NCBI GenBank assembly: GCA_050951545.1 | Contig: JBMNJG010000004.1 | Span: 32,001-96,000, forward strand | Source: Limnochordia bacterium | Lineage (GTDB): Bacteria > Bacillota > Limnochordia > DTU080 | Direction of reading: 5' to 3' | DNA length: 64,000 nt | Part shown: positions 30,026 through 40,258 of the stretch, one piece after another | Numbering within the stretch: the stretch's first letter is position 1 | How the letters are laid out: each line of letters starts with the position of its first letter | The notes under the pieces: model-generated | What the model saw: only the letters and a program-made list of their open reading frames with translations | What the model was told of the DNA's origin: nothing | Database searches by the model: none | Translations under genes and position numbers: made by a program

Positions 30026-31519
30026 CCCATCACCGCCTTCAGCAGCTCCTGGATCTCGCCCTCGAGGTCGCGAATCTCTTGATCAATCTCCTCAAGCGGC
30101 CGCAGCTGCTGATACTCATAAAAATACCGGGTAAAAGGGATCTCATAGCCCACTCGGGTTTTGTCTACATCGATCCAGGCGTCCGGAACATGTGGCAGGA
30201 CTTCCCGTTCGAAATACGCCTGGATATCATCCTTTAAGGGCACGTTTTCGGTGTCCCGCAGGCTCGTATCGGGTTCTGGATGGCCTTTTTTATCGCGGCA
30301 AATCTCCGCCGTTTCATCCTGCTCTGACAAAGCGGACAGGATGGCCCGATATGCCCGTGTTGTAGAACAGCTGGTCGGGAAGGGCCACGATCCCCTCCAA
30401 CCAGTCGTTTTCTATGATCCATTTGCGGATCTCGCTTTCGCCCGATCCAGCGTCGCCGGTAAACAAAGGGGAGCCGTTAAAAATAATCGCAAGCCTCGAC
30501 CCACCGTTGGCTGGCTTCATCTTGGAAATCATATGCTGCAAGAATAAAAGGGAACCATCGTTAATGCGCGGTAGACCTGCGCCAAAGCGACCGGCGTGCC
30601 CGAGCTTTTCGTGTTCATCTTTAATTTCTTTTTCGACCTTCTTCCACTCCACGCCGTAAGGTGGATTCGAAAGCATGTAGTCGAAGCGCTCGTCGGCCAA
30701 ACCGTCCTGCGTAAAGCTATTGCCAAACTTGATGTTATCCGGGTTTTGCCCCTTAATCATCATATCCGAATTACAGATGGCGAAAGATTCCGGGTTCAGC
30801 TCCTGACCAAAAGAGATGAGCTTAGCATCGGGGTTGAGTTCCCGCAAATACTCCTCAGCGACCGAAAGCATGCCGCCGGTCCCGCAGGCCGGGTCATACA
30901 GCGTCTTTACGATTCCCTCGGTTGCCAGATCCTCATCTTCATTGAACAGGACGTCAACCATGAGCCGAATAACCTCGCGCGGAGTAAAATGCTCCCCGGC
31001 CGTCTCATTGGATTGCTCAGAAAACCGACGTATAAGCTCTTCGAAAACGTAACCCATTTCAAGGTTGGAGACGTTGTCCGGGTGTAGATCAACCTCACAG
31101 AAACGCTGAACAATCAAAAACAAAAGATTGGCCTGGTCAAGCCGTGCGATCTGCTCTTCGAAACGAAAATGCTCAAGGATCTCCCTTGCCCGCACCGAAA
31201 AACCGTTTATGTAGCCGATGAGGTTTGCGGCTATATTGTCGGGGTCATTCAGCAACATCGGAAACTCAAGCTGACTGGTGTTATGGAATGAAAGCCCCGT
31301 TGCGCGGTTCAAAATGCGCTCGATGTTGGTGATCTCCGAGTCCTTAAGCGCTTCTGCCCGGCGCAATACCTCGGCTTTGGTAGGCGCCAACACGTAGTCT
31401 AAACGCCTTATCACTGTCAGGGGTAATATTACCCTGCCATACTCGGATTGCTTGAAATCGCCCCTTAACAGTTCGGCGATACTCCAGATAAAGTTGCAGC
31501 GATCCTGGAAATTGTTCAT
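30022..31519 (-). pseudogene. hsdM: Type I methyltransferase with internal deletion and frameshift near 30345
   Basis: GEHFTPREV, DPACGTGG, NPPY and LFYNTGIS, then a jump into another frame at AILSALSEQDE...LRDTENVP...GYEIPFTRYFY. Confidence 0.88.
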
Positions 31520-31854
31520 TCGCTCACTTCTCCTCCGTAGCGGCTCTAATGGGGCTTTTGCTTTAGCCACAGGTAATTCCTGCCGTCTAAAAGACAAAGG
31601 GATGGGGCCGCCCCAACGGATCGCAGCCACACCAGTGCAAAACTTTGAGTCGCAAATCCGCCCCATCGAAATTTGCTTTGGCGCGGCAGGTGATTTGCCG
31701 CCCTTGACGAACATCTCTTTTGCGAGTGCTCCTTGAAAACCGAAAAATTGTGTGCAAGGGTTGTTACGTGCGCTGCGCGCGTCTCCAGGGCGATTCCGTA
31801 GATGGTGTCAAGCCGAGTGTGGCTCGGCAAGTCCTGTTTTGGGTGAATACCCGG

Positions 31855-33273
31855 GAGGCGGAGTACTCGGGTATGGCGGATCTCTATGGTTGCAGTGCAC
31901 AACTCTTCAATGATGACCGCATACGCTCGACATTGGATGTAGTTCATCAGTACGCTAGCGACATCCAGAACGCCCTGGCCTTACGTGCCATGACCGAGTT
32001 CGCGGTGCCCGCTGACACTGTGGCCTACGATATGACCTCACTGTATTTCGAGGGCGACTATGACGATTCAGAGACCATCACCTTTGGGTATAGCCGAGAC
32101 GGTAAGCCAGACAAGAAGCAGGTGAATGTCGGTCTTACGGTTTCCACAGAAGGTGGTGTGCCCCTGAATGGACGTGTCTTGGCAGGCAAAACAGCTGATC
32201 CGGCTACGGTGGAAGCTAACGTGTCTGCTCTAAAGAAAGCCCTCCGACGTCAAGACTTTCTACAGATCACTGACGGTGGCATGTTAACACCAAAAAACGT
32301 GCATATACTTGAGCAGCAAGGCATTCATTTTCTTGCGCCGTGGCAAGCAGACACCGCTATCTTCGAGTCGCTCACCGCTGGGGGCACGGTCATTTGGGAG
32401 GAGCTACCTTATTGGGGTGCTAAGGGACACGATCGCTATTGGGCGACTGAGCTTGGCATATTGGTAACCTACGATGAGGTCCACGAAGACCAAACACCAC
32501 CCGAACGGCAACCGGGGCAGCGCGGTCGGCTCCCAGAGCACCCAGTAACTCAGCATTCCTACTGGGAGCGAGCCGTCATCATTCGCTCCTCCAATAAGCA
32601 AAGCCGCGATGAGAAAACGCGCAACAGAAGGCTCGCAAAACTCGAAGAACAGCTACAAACGCTTAGCGAAGGACTGAACAAGCGTCGACTAAAGACCAAT
32701 CAGCAGGTCCAATCTAAGCTGGATCGCATCTTCTCTGGTTCTTATGCAGCTTACCGGCGGTGTTTCGCCATCGAGCTTAGTGGTCCAGATGGGCAGATGA
32801 CGTTGCATTGGGAGCCAAACGAGGAGGCCCTTGACCACCTCAAAAAAGGCGAGGGGCTTTACGTTCTATTGACCAACCGGAAGGATTCGGAAGCCGATCC
32901 CGCCAGTCGCATCCTGGAGCTGTACAAGAAGCGCAACCCAGTGGAAAATCGCTTTCGGGATTTCAAGTCTCATTTACGTGTCCGGCCCTTGTTCGTGCAT
33001 ACTGATGACCGAGTCGCTTCACTTGTGCTGATCACAGTCGTTGCCTTACAATTGTACTCCCTCATAGAATGGGAAGCACGAAAGGCTCAAGAGGCCTGGA
33101 CAACCCGTTTTCTCAAAAAGAAATTCGCCAGCATCTGCATACTTCAAACCGTTCATCCTAACGATGATGTTGAAATTGAATGGTGCAATGTCACACCTGA
33201 GCACTTGAGAATCTTAGAAACCCTGGGTTTGCGCCTAATCGAACTCCCCGAGCGCCTCGCGGGATTCACATAA
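31855..33273 (+). pseudogene. IS1634 transposase, remainder (DDE core and C-terminus)
   Basis: NDDRI, YDMTSLYFEG, GYSRDGKPDKKQ, TDGG, YKKRNPVENRFRDFK and RPLFV motifs. Confidence 0.9.
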
Positions 33274-33330
33274 CCGTGCAACCGCCCGACTTGCCTCAAA
33301 AACCGCCATGACCTAAAGGCGGAAAACGGG

Positions 33331-34097
33331 GTGTAGGCAGCGTGCCAACAACATGGGAGGAAATGCTCGAGGTAGGAAGGAAATTCCTCAAGACAGATGG
33401 CGACGGTAAAACCACCCAGATTGGCTTTGGCATTCCCCGGGGTTGGATCTGGCCTACGTTTACCTGGACCTCGCTGATGCGGCAGTACGGGGTAGAGCCG
33501 ATCTCCAACGATAACAGGCCGCAGTTTTCGCAGCCGGGGAGCATGAAAGCTATCAATATGTACCAGGAGCTGTTTCGGAGAGCCTCCGACCCCGCTGCAT
33601 CATCAGGCACATTCTTCTCCCAAGGTCGTAGCGCGTTTGACTGGAATGCGAACTATAACGTGTTTGGGTATATGGCAAAGCAACCTCTGTTTGAGGTGGG
33701 TTCGGCCCCGCTACCGAAGTTTGCCGATGGTATAGCCAGCACGGTGAGCTATGGATTCGGCCACTTTGTGAGTGCTCAGTCAAAGCAAACGGAGTTGGCT
33801 TGGAAGGTGATTGCCTTCTTTGATGGCCCGCAGACAGCAGAGCAATGGTACACCGACGTATCGCTGTGGCATCCGTGGCGCGGCGCGTGGATCGAGCGCA
33901 TCTTCAAGATCGAACCGTTGCATCGGCCGTTCCTGGAGTCTCTCGAGTTTGCGAAGGCCGAAGTCAGCCATCCGCAGATCCGTCAGATACACACTCTGTG
34001 GGGTCAGGCTGAGACGCGAATTATGAGTGGCAGCATGGGCGTGGAGACTTCGTTGCAGAAGCTTGACGATGATATCGGCAAGATTATCGGGCCCTGA
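33331..34097 (+). pseudogene. Solute-binding protein, C-terminal part
   Basis: PTTWEEM...DGDGK...AWKVIAF. In-frame continuation of 20301-20790. Confidence 0.9.
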
Positions 34098-34200
34098 CAA
34101 GACCGTGTGATGTGGGATGCTTAAGAGAAAAAGGCCAGATCAGTCAAAGGGTGCCCCTACCCGTGATGGGTAGGGGCGGTTTTACGCATAGGGAGAGGTC

Positions 34201-34689
34201 GTGGAGGTCATGGAACTGTGGGATGTGTTGGACGGGCAGGCCCGAAGAACGGGGCGCACCATTACGCGAGGGCAGAGGCTGGCGACTGGGGATTTCCATT
34301 TGGTTGTGCACATATGGATTCGGAATGAGCACGGCAAGTACCTGATTCAGAAGCGAGCTGATCACCTCGAATGGCAGCCAGGCATATGGGCAGCTACGGG
34401 CGGTTCTGTTATCGCAGGCGAGGATAGCTTATCAGGGGCCCTTCGAGAAACCAGAGAGGAACTGGGACTGGACTTGCATGCTGCAGAGCTAAGCAAGCTG
34501 GCCCGGCTTTTGAGGGTCGACAGTATCGTTGATCTGTGGCTAGCGCAAGTGTCTACGGATCGCTTAGGTACTCCTGTGCCGGGACCGGAAGTAACTGAAA
34601 TCAGATGGGTCCCGAAATCCGAGCTTAAGCGCATGGCAGATGTCGGCGACTTCTATGCGTATAGCTATCTGGACACACTGCCTGACTGA
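34201..34689 (+). CDS. NUDIX hydrolase (IDI-like)
   Basis: HLVVHIW, LIQKR, GGSVIAGEDSLSGALRETREELG Nudix box. Confidence 0.92.
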   Translation: MEVMELWDVLDGQARRTGRTITRGQRLATGDFHLVVHIWIRNEHGKYLIQKRADHLEWQPGIWAATGGSVIAGEDSLSGALRETREELGLDLHAAELSKLARLLRVDSIVDLWLAQVSTDRLGTPVPGPEVTEIRWVPKSELKRMADVGDFYAYSYLDTLPD

Positions 34690-34716
34690 CAAAAGACTCA
34701 CATGTGTCGGTATGCG

Positions 34717-34746
34717 GCCTGACGCCCGTGGTGACGGGCGTCAGGC
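34717..34746. terminator. Hairpin between convergent genes
   Basis: GCCTGACGCCCGT-GGTG-ACGGGCGTCAGGC perfect 13-bp stem. Confidence 0.7.
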
Positions 34747-34760
34747 TTATTACCCGTGGT

Positions 34761-36053
34761 CTAGCGCCTGCTGGCCTCTTCAAACAAGGCGGTGACCTCT
34801 CTATGAGCTTGCTCCAAAGCCACGCGCCCAGGTGTCTGACCCGACCAGATGCGGTTAAGGGCGGCATTGACGGTACTTGTGATGCGTGAGTCGGCAACTA
34901 CGCCATAGCCTGTGATGTTTTCAGGTTGCTCCATCTGTGTGAAGAACAGCGACCAGTTCTTCGGTAGGTTGTCCACAAGCGTATTGTAGCGTCGGATGAC
35001 GCTTGGCAGAACGGGTACTCGTCCGGTGATCTGAGCAAAAGCCTGCTGAGCTTCGTCATTCCCAGAGATGAAATGCACCCAGTCCCATGCGGCCTCCGGG
35101 TGTTTGGCGTGTCGACTGATCGAGAAGAACGTAAGGAAGATGGCGCTGGCGTTACTTTTGGGCCCTACAGGCTGTAGGGAGATGTCCCATGAGAACGGGG
35201 CGTCTTTGTACAGCGTTCCGATGACGCCAGGCCCATCCACGGTAGCGATAGCTGCATTTCCCATATAGATATAGGTGTTGGCGCGATTTGGTGTGCTGGG
35301 CGCCTGACTAGTGCGGTCTTTAACCACGATTCTTTCAAGAAACTCGATCGCTTGCAGGACTGGTTCGCTGGTGAGGCGGCTAGCGGTCGGAAGCATCTCT
35401 CGGTCGTAGTAGAACCCCCCGGCCTGTGCTACCTGGATGTACGGCCGAGCCGAAATGCGATCGATTCCCCATTGGTCGACAACGCCGTCCGAGTTGTGGT
35501 CTCGTGTAAGCTTGCGGCCATACTCTGCGAGAGCATTCCACGTCCAACCGCTTCCAAGTTCAGCAGGTGGCGTAAGGCCTGCGGCATGCAGCATGTCAAG
35601 GTTGTAGAAGGTGACAATGGGGTAAACACTCGCAGGATACCCAATTAGGCGGCCGCTGGGATCTGTAAGCCCGTTGAGAACGGGTTGGGCGTACATAGAG
35701 AGGGCCTTCGGATTGGTGCGGGCAAACCATGGCCGCAGATCTACAAAGTCACCATTTCCGATGAAGGACGCCGCCTGTCCTGTACTCATGTCGACAACTT
35801 CTGGGGACTCACCCGCAGCCACCAGTACTGCGAATTTCTGGTCTGGCTGGGCGTCGATGACGATGTTGACCTCGTAGTTAGGGTGCAGGTTCTCAAACTT
35901 GGGCTTCATCTGTCGCAGAAACTCGTGCCAGGAGTCGGAATGCGCCGCATACGAGAGGTGAGTGACAGGGATCTTGGCCGCACGTACAGGACCGCAGGTT
36001 AGGAGCACACTGAGTAGCAAGATGACCAGATGTACATGACGTCGTCGGAACAT
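34761..36053 (-). CDS. Extracellular solute-binding protein (ABC family 1)
   Basis: Signal peptide, AAGESPE, FYN, DHNSDGVVDQWG and AAWDWVHF motifs. Confidence 0.9.
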   Translation of the reverse strand: MFRRRHVHLVILLLSVLLTCGPVRAAKIPVTHLSYAAHSDSWHEFLRQMKPKFENLHPNYEVNIVIDAQPDQKFAVLVAAGESPEVVDMSTGQAASFIGNGDFVDLRPWFARTNPKALSMYAQPVLNGLTDPSGRLIGYPASVYPIVTFYNLDMLHAAGLTPPAELGSGWTWNALAEYGRKLTRDHNSDGVVDQWGIDRISARPYIQVAQAGGFYYDREMLPTASRLTSEPVLQAIEFLERIVVKDRTSQAPSTPNRANTYIYMGNAAIATVDGPGVIGTLYKDAPFSWDISLQPVGPKSNASAIFLTFFSISRHAKHPEAAWDWVHFISGNDEAQQAFAQITGRVPVLPSVIRRYNTLVDNLPKNWSLFFTQMEQPENITGYGVVADSRITSTVNAALNRIWSGQTPGRVALEQAHREVTALFEEASRR

Positions 36054-36257
36054 GGATAGCCCTCCTTGTGACCTTCGGTGATTCGAAGCAAGACTCCATA
36101 GTTCTCTATGTCTAAATATACTATAAGAAACGGGGAAGAGGCAAGATGAGTGTTATCCAGAGGCCAGTGCCGGAGGTAACAGTCGCCTTGTACTAGGCAT
36201 ATGTAAGACCCGCGGCAGGCACCGCGGGTCCACACTTAGGTCTAGCGAGTTTCGGGA

Positions 36258-36788
36258 CTACCAGGAAAAGCCCACACCCAGTTTCCACGTGTTGGTGATG
36301 GGCGTGAAGCGGACATCAGTGGTCTCGACTTCGCCATCAGGGTAGACGGCCTTGGCGTAGACCGGAATGGTGACCACTGGTCCCACATCGATGGTTGCTC
36401 CCAGGCGTGTTCTCACCTTGAATCCTAGCTCTGAGACCAAACCTACCGCGGTCTGGCTTCCTGTTTTCACACCATCGTCCAGGACGATGTGTTGCCCAAA
36501 AACGTACCCACCAGCGTAGGCTCTCTGAGCCGTATTTCCCGGGGCAGCCACGTACCAACGCTTGCCAAGCGCTCCCCCGAGCAGAGTCATCTCGCCGGAA
36601 TCCCCAGACTGTTGGCCAGCCGCCAACTTAATGCCAGTCGACGTCAAGTCAGACCGTATCCATTCATGATCTAGCGATAGGATATTCTCCCGCAGGGCTA
36701 TGGCATCAATGGTTGTCACTCTCTCTGCCGCGACTGGAACAGCGCTGAACAGAACCAGTGCTATGAGTAGTGCTGCGACGTAACGCAT
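36258..36788 (-). CDS. Putative small outer-membrane beta-barrel protein
   Basis: Signal peptide, alternating amphipathic strands and C-terminal LGVGFSW (BAM-type aromatic terminus). Confidence 0.6.
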   Translation of the reverse strand: MRYVAALLIALVLFSAVPVAAERVTTIDAIALRENILSLDHEWIRSDLTSTGIKLAAGQQSGDSGEMTLLGGALGKRWYVAAPGNTAQRAYAGGYVFGQHIVLDDGVKTGSQTAVGLVSELGFKVRTRLGATIDVGPVVTIPVYAKAVYPDGEVETTDVRFTPITNTWKLGVGFSW

Positions 36789-36886
36789 GGTTGAAAGGCC
36801 TCCCATGATAATGTGTGCTGCACTAGATCCTTACGCCTTTGAGGGGCGTGGATCCTCGCCACAATTACTGGGGCTAGAGGGGGGGC

Positions 36887-38338
36887 CTACCAGCGATGAT
36901 CTCCTGCAATCCCAGGGCCGAAGGGAGCTATACGCAAGCCGAAGTAATGGGAGTTCCACAGGGCGTGGTCTCCTGTGTCGCGAACGCGTCGCCATATGGC
37001 CGCCAGCATGTCCTGAAGCCGACTCTGATGGGCGGGGTCGGTAGCTAGGTTGTGCATCTCGAAGGGATCACAGCTCAGATTGTAGAGTTCGTCGTAGTCA
37101 AAGCCATTGAAGATCAGCTTCCAGTCGCCCTCCCAGTAAAGGCGTTGCGTCAGTCGGTAGCGCCCGCCATGGTATTCCGCATAGCCTTTTCTATAGGATA
37201 CAGCAAGAGCTGGGTCACTTAGGAGCGGGGCGAATGAACGGGAGTCGGGTTCGCTGAGCGGCTCTGCGCCTACGAGATCAAGGATGGTGGGGCAAAGATC
37301 GTGCAGGCCAACCCGGGCGTCACTGACTACGCCTGAAGCAATGCCTGGTCCCGTCATCACCATCGGGATATTGTACGCTTCTTCAAAGCCCGAAACATTT
37401 TTACAGTAGAGGCCATGGGCACCAAGAAACTCACCGTGATCACTAGTGAAAATGATAATCGTGTTGTCCAGCGCGCCAGCCTGCCCCACAAGCTCAATTA
37501 GCCGGCCGAAGGTCTGATCAATTTCCGTGATGCTGGCATAGTAGCAAGCCGCCGCCTCTCGATGTTGTTGTTCTGTCATCTGAGCGAATGCTGCGCTCGC
37601 TTTGCGGTAGAGCCCGGGGCGGTCTGTGAGGTCATCGTGCAGGTTTGGGGGCAGCTCTAGAGCCTCCACATCATAGAGGTCAAAGGTCTTTTGCTCGCAT
37701 ACAAAGGGATCGTGGGGTTCGGAGACACTGACGAAGCAGCACCAAGGTGTCTCCTCGAACAAGACCTCTTGCAGAAACCCCTCGGCTAGGCTTGTGGTAA
37801 CACCCATGCCTCGGGTGTGTGGCGGTTGGTGCGTCACGGCGTATAGCAGGTTGCGCCGGTACCCTGGAGGATGATCGATGTAGTGTGCCAGTGCGTGCTT
37901 AGGCTCTGGCCTCTGCTTGCCTCGAAGCTGGTTTTGATGCTGACGGTAGAGTGAGCCGCTGGTGACACCGTTCACTTGCCAGCCGAAGGGCTCAGGTTCG
38001 TCAGTCCGCTCCACATGCCATTTGCCGAAATACCCAGTGTGGTAACCAAGTTGCACGAGCCGTTGCGCCCAGTGCGGCTTGTCAGTACGCAAACAGCATT
38101 GGTCGTCATCCACCACGTGCGTCACTTCGAGCACGCCATGGCTATGCGGCAGCAGGCCCGTCATGAGGCTGGCCCGGGCTGGTGAACAGACTGCGTTGGG
38201 CGTGTAGGCGTGGGAAAAACGCATGCCGCGGTCTGCCAGGCGATCAAGGTGAGGCGTGAGGCACGGATGCTTCGGATCCAGCACCCGTCCCTGCATCTGA
38301 TCCGTCATGAGAAAGAGGATGTTGGGTTTTCTAGCCAT
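36887..38338 (-). CDS. Sulfatase-like hydrolase
   Basis: PNILFLMTDQ, CSPARASLMTG, GKWH, PHDP and SDHG motifs. Confidence 0.93.
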   Translation of the reverse strand: MARKPNILFLMTDQMQGRVLDPKHPCLTPHLDRLADRGMRFSHAYTPNAVCSPARASLMTGLLPHSHGVLEVTHVVDDDQCCLRTDKPHWAQRLVQLGYHTGYFGKWHVERTDEPEPFGWQVNGVTSGSLYRQHQNQLRGKQRPEPKHALAHYIDHPPGYRRNLLYAVTHQPPHTRGMGVTTSLAEGFLQEVLFEETPWCCFVSVSEPHDPFVCEQKTFDLYDVEALELPPNLHDDLTDRPGLYRKASAAFAQMTEQQHREAAACYYASITEIDQTFGRLIELVGQAGALDNTIIIFTSDHGEFLGAHGLYCKNVSGFEEAYNIPMVMTGPGIASGVVSDARVGLHDLCPTILDLVGAEPLSEPDSRSFAPLLSDPALAVSYRKGYAEYHGGRYRLTQRLYWEGDWKLIFNGFDYDELYNLSCDPFEMHNLATDPAHQSRLQDMLAAIWRRVRDTGDHALWNSHYFGLRIAPFGPGIAGDHRW

Positions 38339-38566
38339 AGGTCTACCCCCTCCACTCAGGCTAGTAGGCGTGTCCTTCTGGGAGATAGGTTCACATTCCT
38401 GGAGCAGCGATCCTGTCGCTCCAATTGGGGGGAAGCAGTCAGATTCCTGCTATCGGTGAATCCGCGGTTTTTCTGCCTAACGCCGCAGGTGGGGTGGTGA
38501 TTGGAGAAGAAACCAACGGGGTAGGTCGGTGTGTGGAGGCTAGATTGCGGATCGTAGCATGAGGAG

Positions 38567-39163
38567 TTGACCTATGGATGGGCTCTTGTCTCGGCTTATC
38601 AGTTAGGCGGCCTCCGACGCGCTGCTGTGGTATGGGTGGCGTTCATGGTTGTGCTGTGGAGCGCATTTGCTGGCGCGGCCCTTGCCTATCCCGACGCGTT
38701 CGGCGGGGTGGAGCCTGCTGAACGAGTTGATTCGATGGCCGGTCTTGCTCTGTTCCTCTATATTTCGGTGATGAATGGCATGATCCTACTTCTGATAGCC
38801 GGAGGGAATCTGTTCGCTCGTTTTGGTTGGGTTACGCCAGGCCTCATTGTGTTGCTGCTACAAGGCGTGCAGATTGGATGGATGGCGGGCTCCAACGCAT
38901 TTGAGTTCCCTTTTCCATCCATGGCGGCCGCCAATCTGGCCTTTCTCAGAGTCGGCCTATGGGAGACCTCTGCCTGTGCTTTGATCTGCGCGGTGACGCT
39001 TCCACACCCGTTGTTGATCTCAGAGACATTCCCGCCGCGCGCGTGGAGTGAGACGCGGAAGCTGTCAGATCTTAGGCTGGATCATCAGGAGACTGTAGTG
39101 CTTTTTCTGGCGATCGCCATGTGGCTCGGCGCAGCAGTGTCGGAGGCGGTGGCACTCAGATGA
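38567..39163 (+). CDS. Hypothetical membrane protein (weakly SpoIIM-like; 5' end possibly degraded)
   Basis: Multiple TM segments and C-terminal AAVSEA. In-frame TTG at 38501 is separated by two TAG codons. Confidence 0.5.
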   Translation: MTYGWALVSAYQLGGLRRAAVVWVAFMVVLWSAFAGAALAYPDAFGGVEPAERVDSMAGLALFLYISVMNGMILLLIAGGNLFARFGWVTPGLIVLLLQGVQIGWMAGSNAFEFPFPSMAAANLAFLRVGLWETSACALICAVTLPHPLLISETFPPRAWSETRKLSDLRLDHQETVVLFLAIAMWLGAAVSEAVALR

Positions 39164-40245
39164 GGCACACAGGAGTGTCGATAGAGAAGAGACATGAACT
39201 AATGCAGAGGCGATCTAGGGGTCGCATCGTTGTTGTGGGGGATGTTCACGGGTGTTTGGACAGCTTGCAGCGCGTGTTGCAGCTGGCTGGGGTGATAGAC
39301 GGTAGGTGCCAGTGGTGCGCACGTCATGGCGCGCAGCTTGTCATTTGTGGAGATATGATTGATGAGGGAGCATGCTCGAAGCACGTTGTGCACTTGGTAC
39401 GCGCGTTGCAGGTGCAGGCTGGTGAGCAGGTAACGGCACTGATAGGAAACCACGAACTGTTGCTGTTGCGGGCTCTGGTGCAAGACCCCTCTGCGCTGGT
39501 CTGGGAGACCGTGTGGAGTTGGGCAGGCACCGATGCTGACCTGCAAGCTGCTCTTGTGCGGCACTGTGTGCCCCGTCTGACGACGGCATCCATCCGAGAG
39601 AGCTTTCAACAGACATTCGTGGCATCCGGTAGTGCCGAGTATCCTTCTGAGTACGCTGACGCGTGCACCTCCGTCTCCAAGGAGGCCGCGCATGAAGTGG
39701 CGGGTCTTTTCCGTGACGCGTTGCGTCGGGACGGCACATTGGCATGGCTGGAGAGCCTACCAGTCGCCAAGAAGGTGGGGAACTGGGGCTTCTTCCATGG
39801 CGGTCCACCCTGTGGTTTCGCAGGAGGCATTGATCGACTCAACGCGGCCTTCTCGGAACTTCTGCGCGACAGGCAGTGGCAGCACCCTCTCTTGGAGCCC
39901 TACTCTTCGCTGAACAGTCCCATTGGCACACGACGATGGATGGCTGATGGCGAAGAAGCAGTGGAAGAGCTTCTCGCGTCGTTTGGTATCGACCATGTAG
40001 CGTTTGGTCATTCACCCGGCGCCATCAACGGCATCTTCGGTCAGCTGGATCAGCGTTGGGACAAGGCCTTCAAGGCAGATACGTATTTCTCATTGGGCGT
40101 GGAAGGTTTTCTGGAGATTCTGGACGATAGTATCTGGGCAGTCTACACTGATGTTGGACGTGAGGTGTTCCGCAGGGTGCATCCCACGAGGCCTGAGCTG
40201 CCTCAGGTGGCGCTGCTATCGACGATTGCTGGCCTAGAACACTGA
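39160..40245 (+). CDS. Metallophosphoesterase (PPP/Shewanella-like)
   Basis: GDVHG, GDMID, GNHE, HGG and GHS motifs. Confidence 0.88.
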   Translation: MRHTGVSIEKRHELMQRRSRGRIVVVGDVHGCLDSLQRVLQLAGVIDGRCQWCARHGAQLVICGDMIDEGACSKHVVHLVRALQVQAGEQVTALIGNHELLLLRALVQDPSALVWETVWSWAGTDADLQAALVRHCVPRLTTASIRESFQQTFVASGSAEYPSEYADACTSVSKEAAHEVAGLFRDALRRDGTLAWLESLPVAKKVGNWGFFHGGPPCGFAGGIDRLNAAFSELLRDRQWQHPLLEPYSSLNSPIGTRRWMADGEEAVEELLASFGIDHVAFGHSPGAINGIFGQLDQRWDKAFKADTYFSLGVEGFLEILDDSIWAVYTDVGREVFRRVHPTRPELPQVALLSTIAGLEH

Positions 40246-40258
40246 AAGAAGGATCCAC

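Larger units (their letters stand above)
20791..33330 (+). mobile_element. IS1634-family element with about 10.6 kb internal cargo
   Basis: Perfect 15-bp terminal IRs CCCGTTTTCCGCCTT (20791-20805) and AAGGCGGAAAACGGG (33316-33330). 6-bp direct repeat GTGTAG at 20785-20790 and 33331-33336. Confidence 0.9.

Noticed and set aside
31835-31853. Second copy of the inner IS inverted repeat at the right cargo edge (composite transposon)
   Set aside because: GTTTTGGGTGAATACCC only loosely resembles AGTTTCCGTGAACC, too weak to call.
31720-31854. N-terminal 45 codons of the 517-aa transposase ORF as a real start
   Set aside because: Lies in cargo DNA. The true transposase N-terminus is at 20936-21199.
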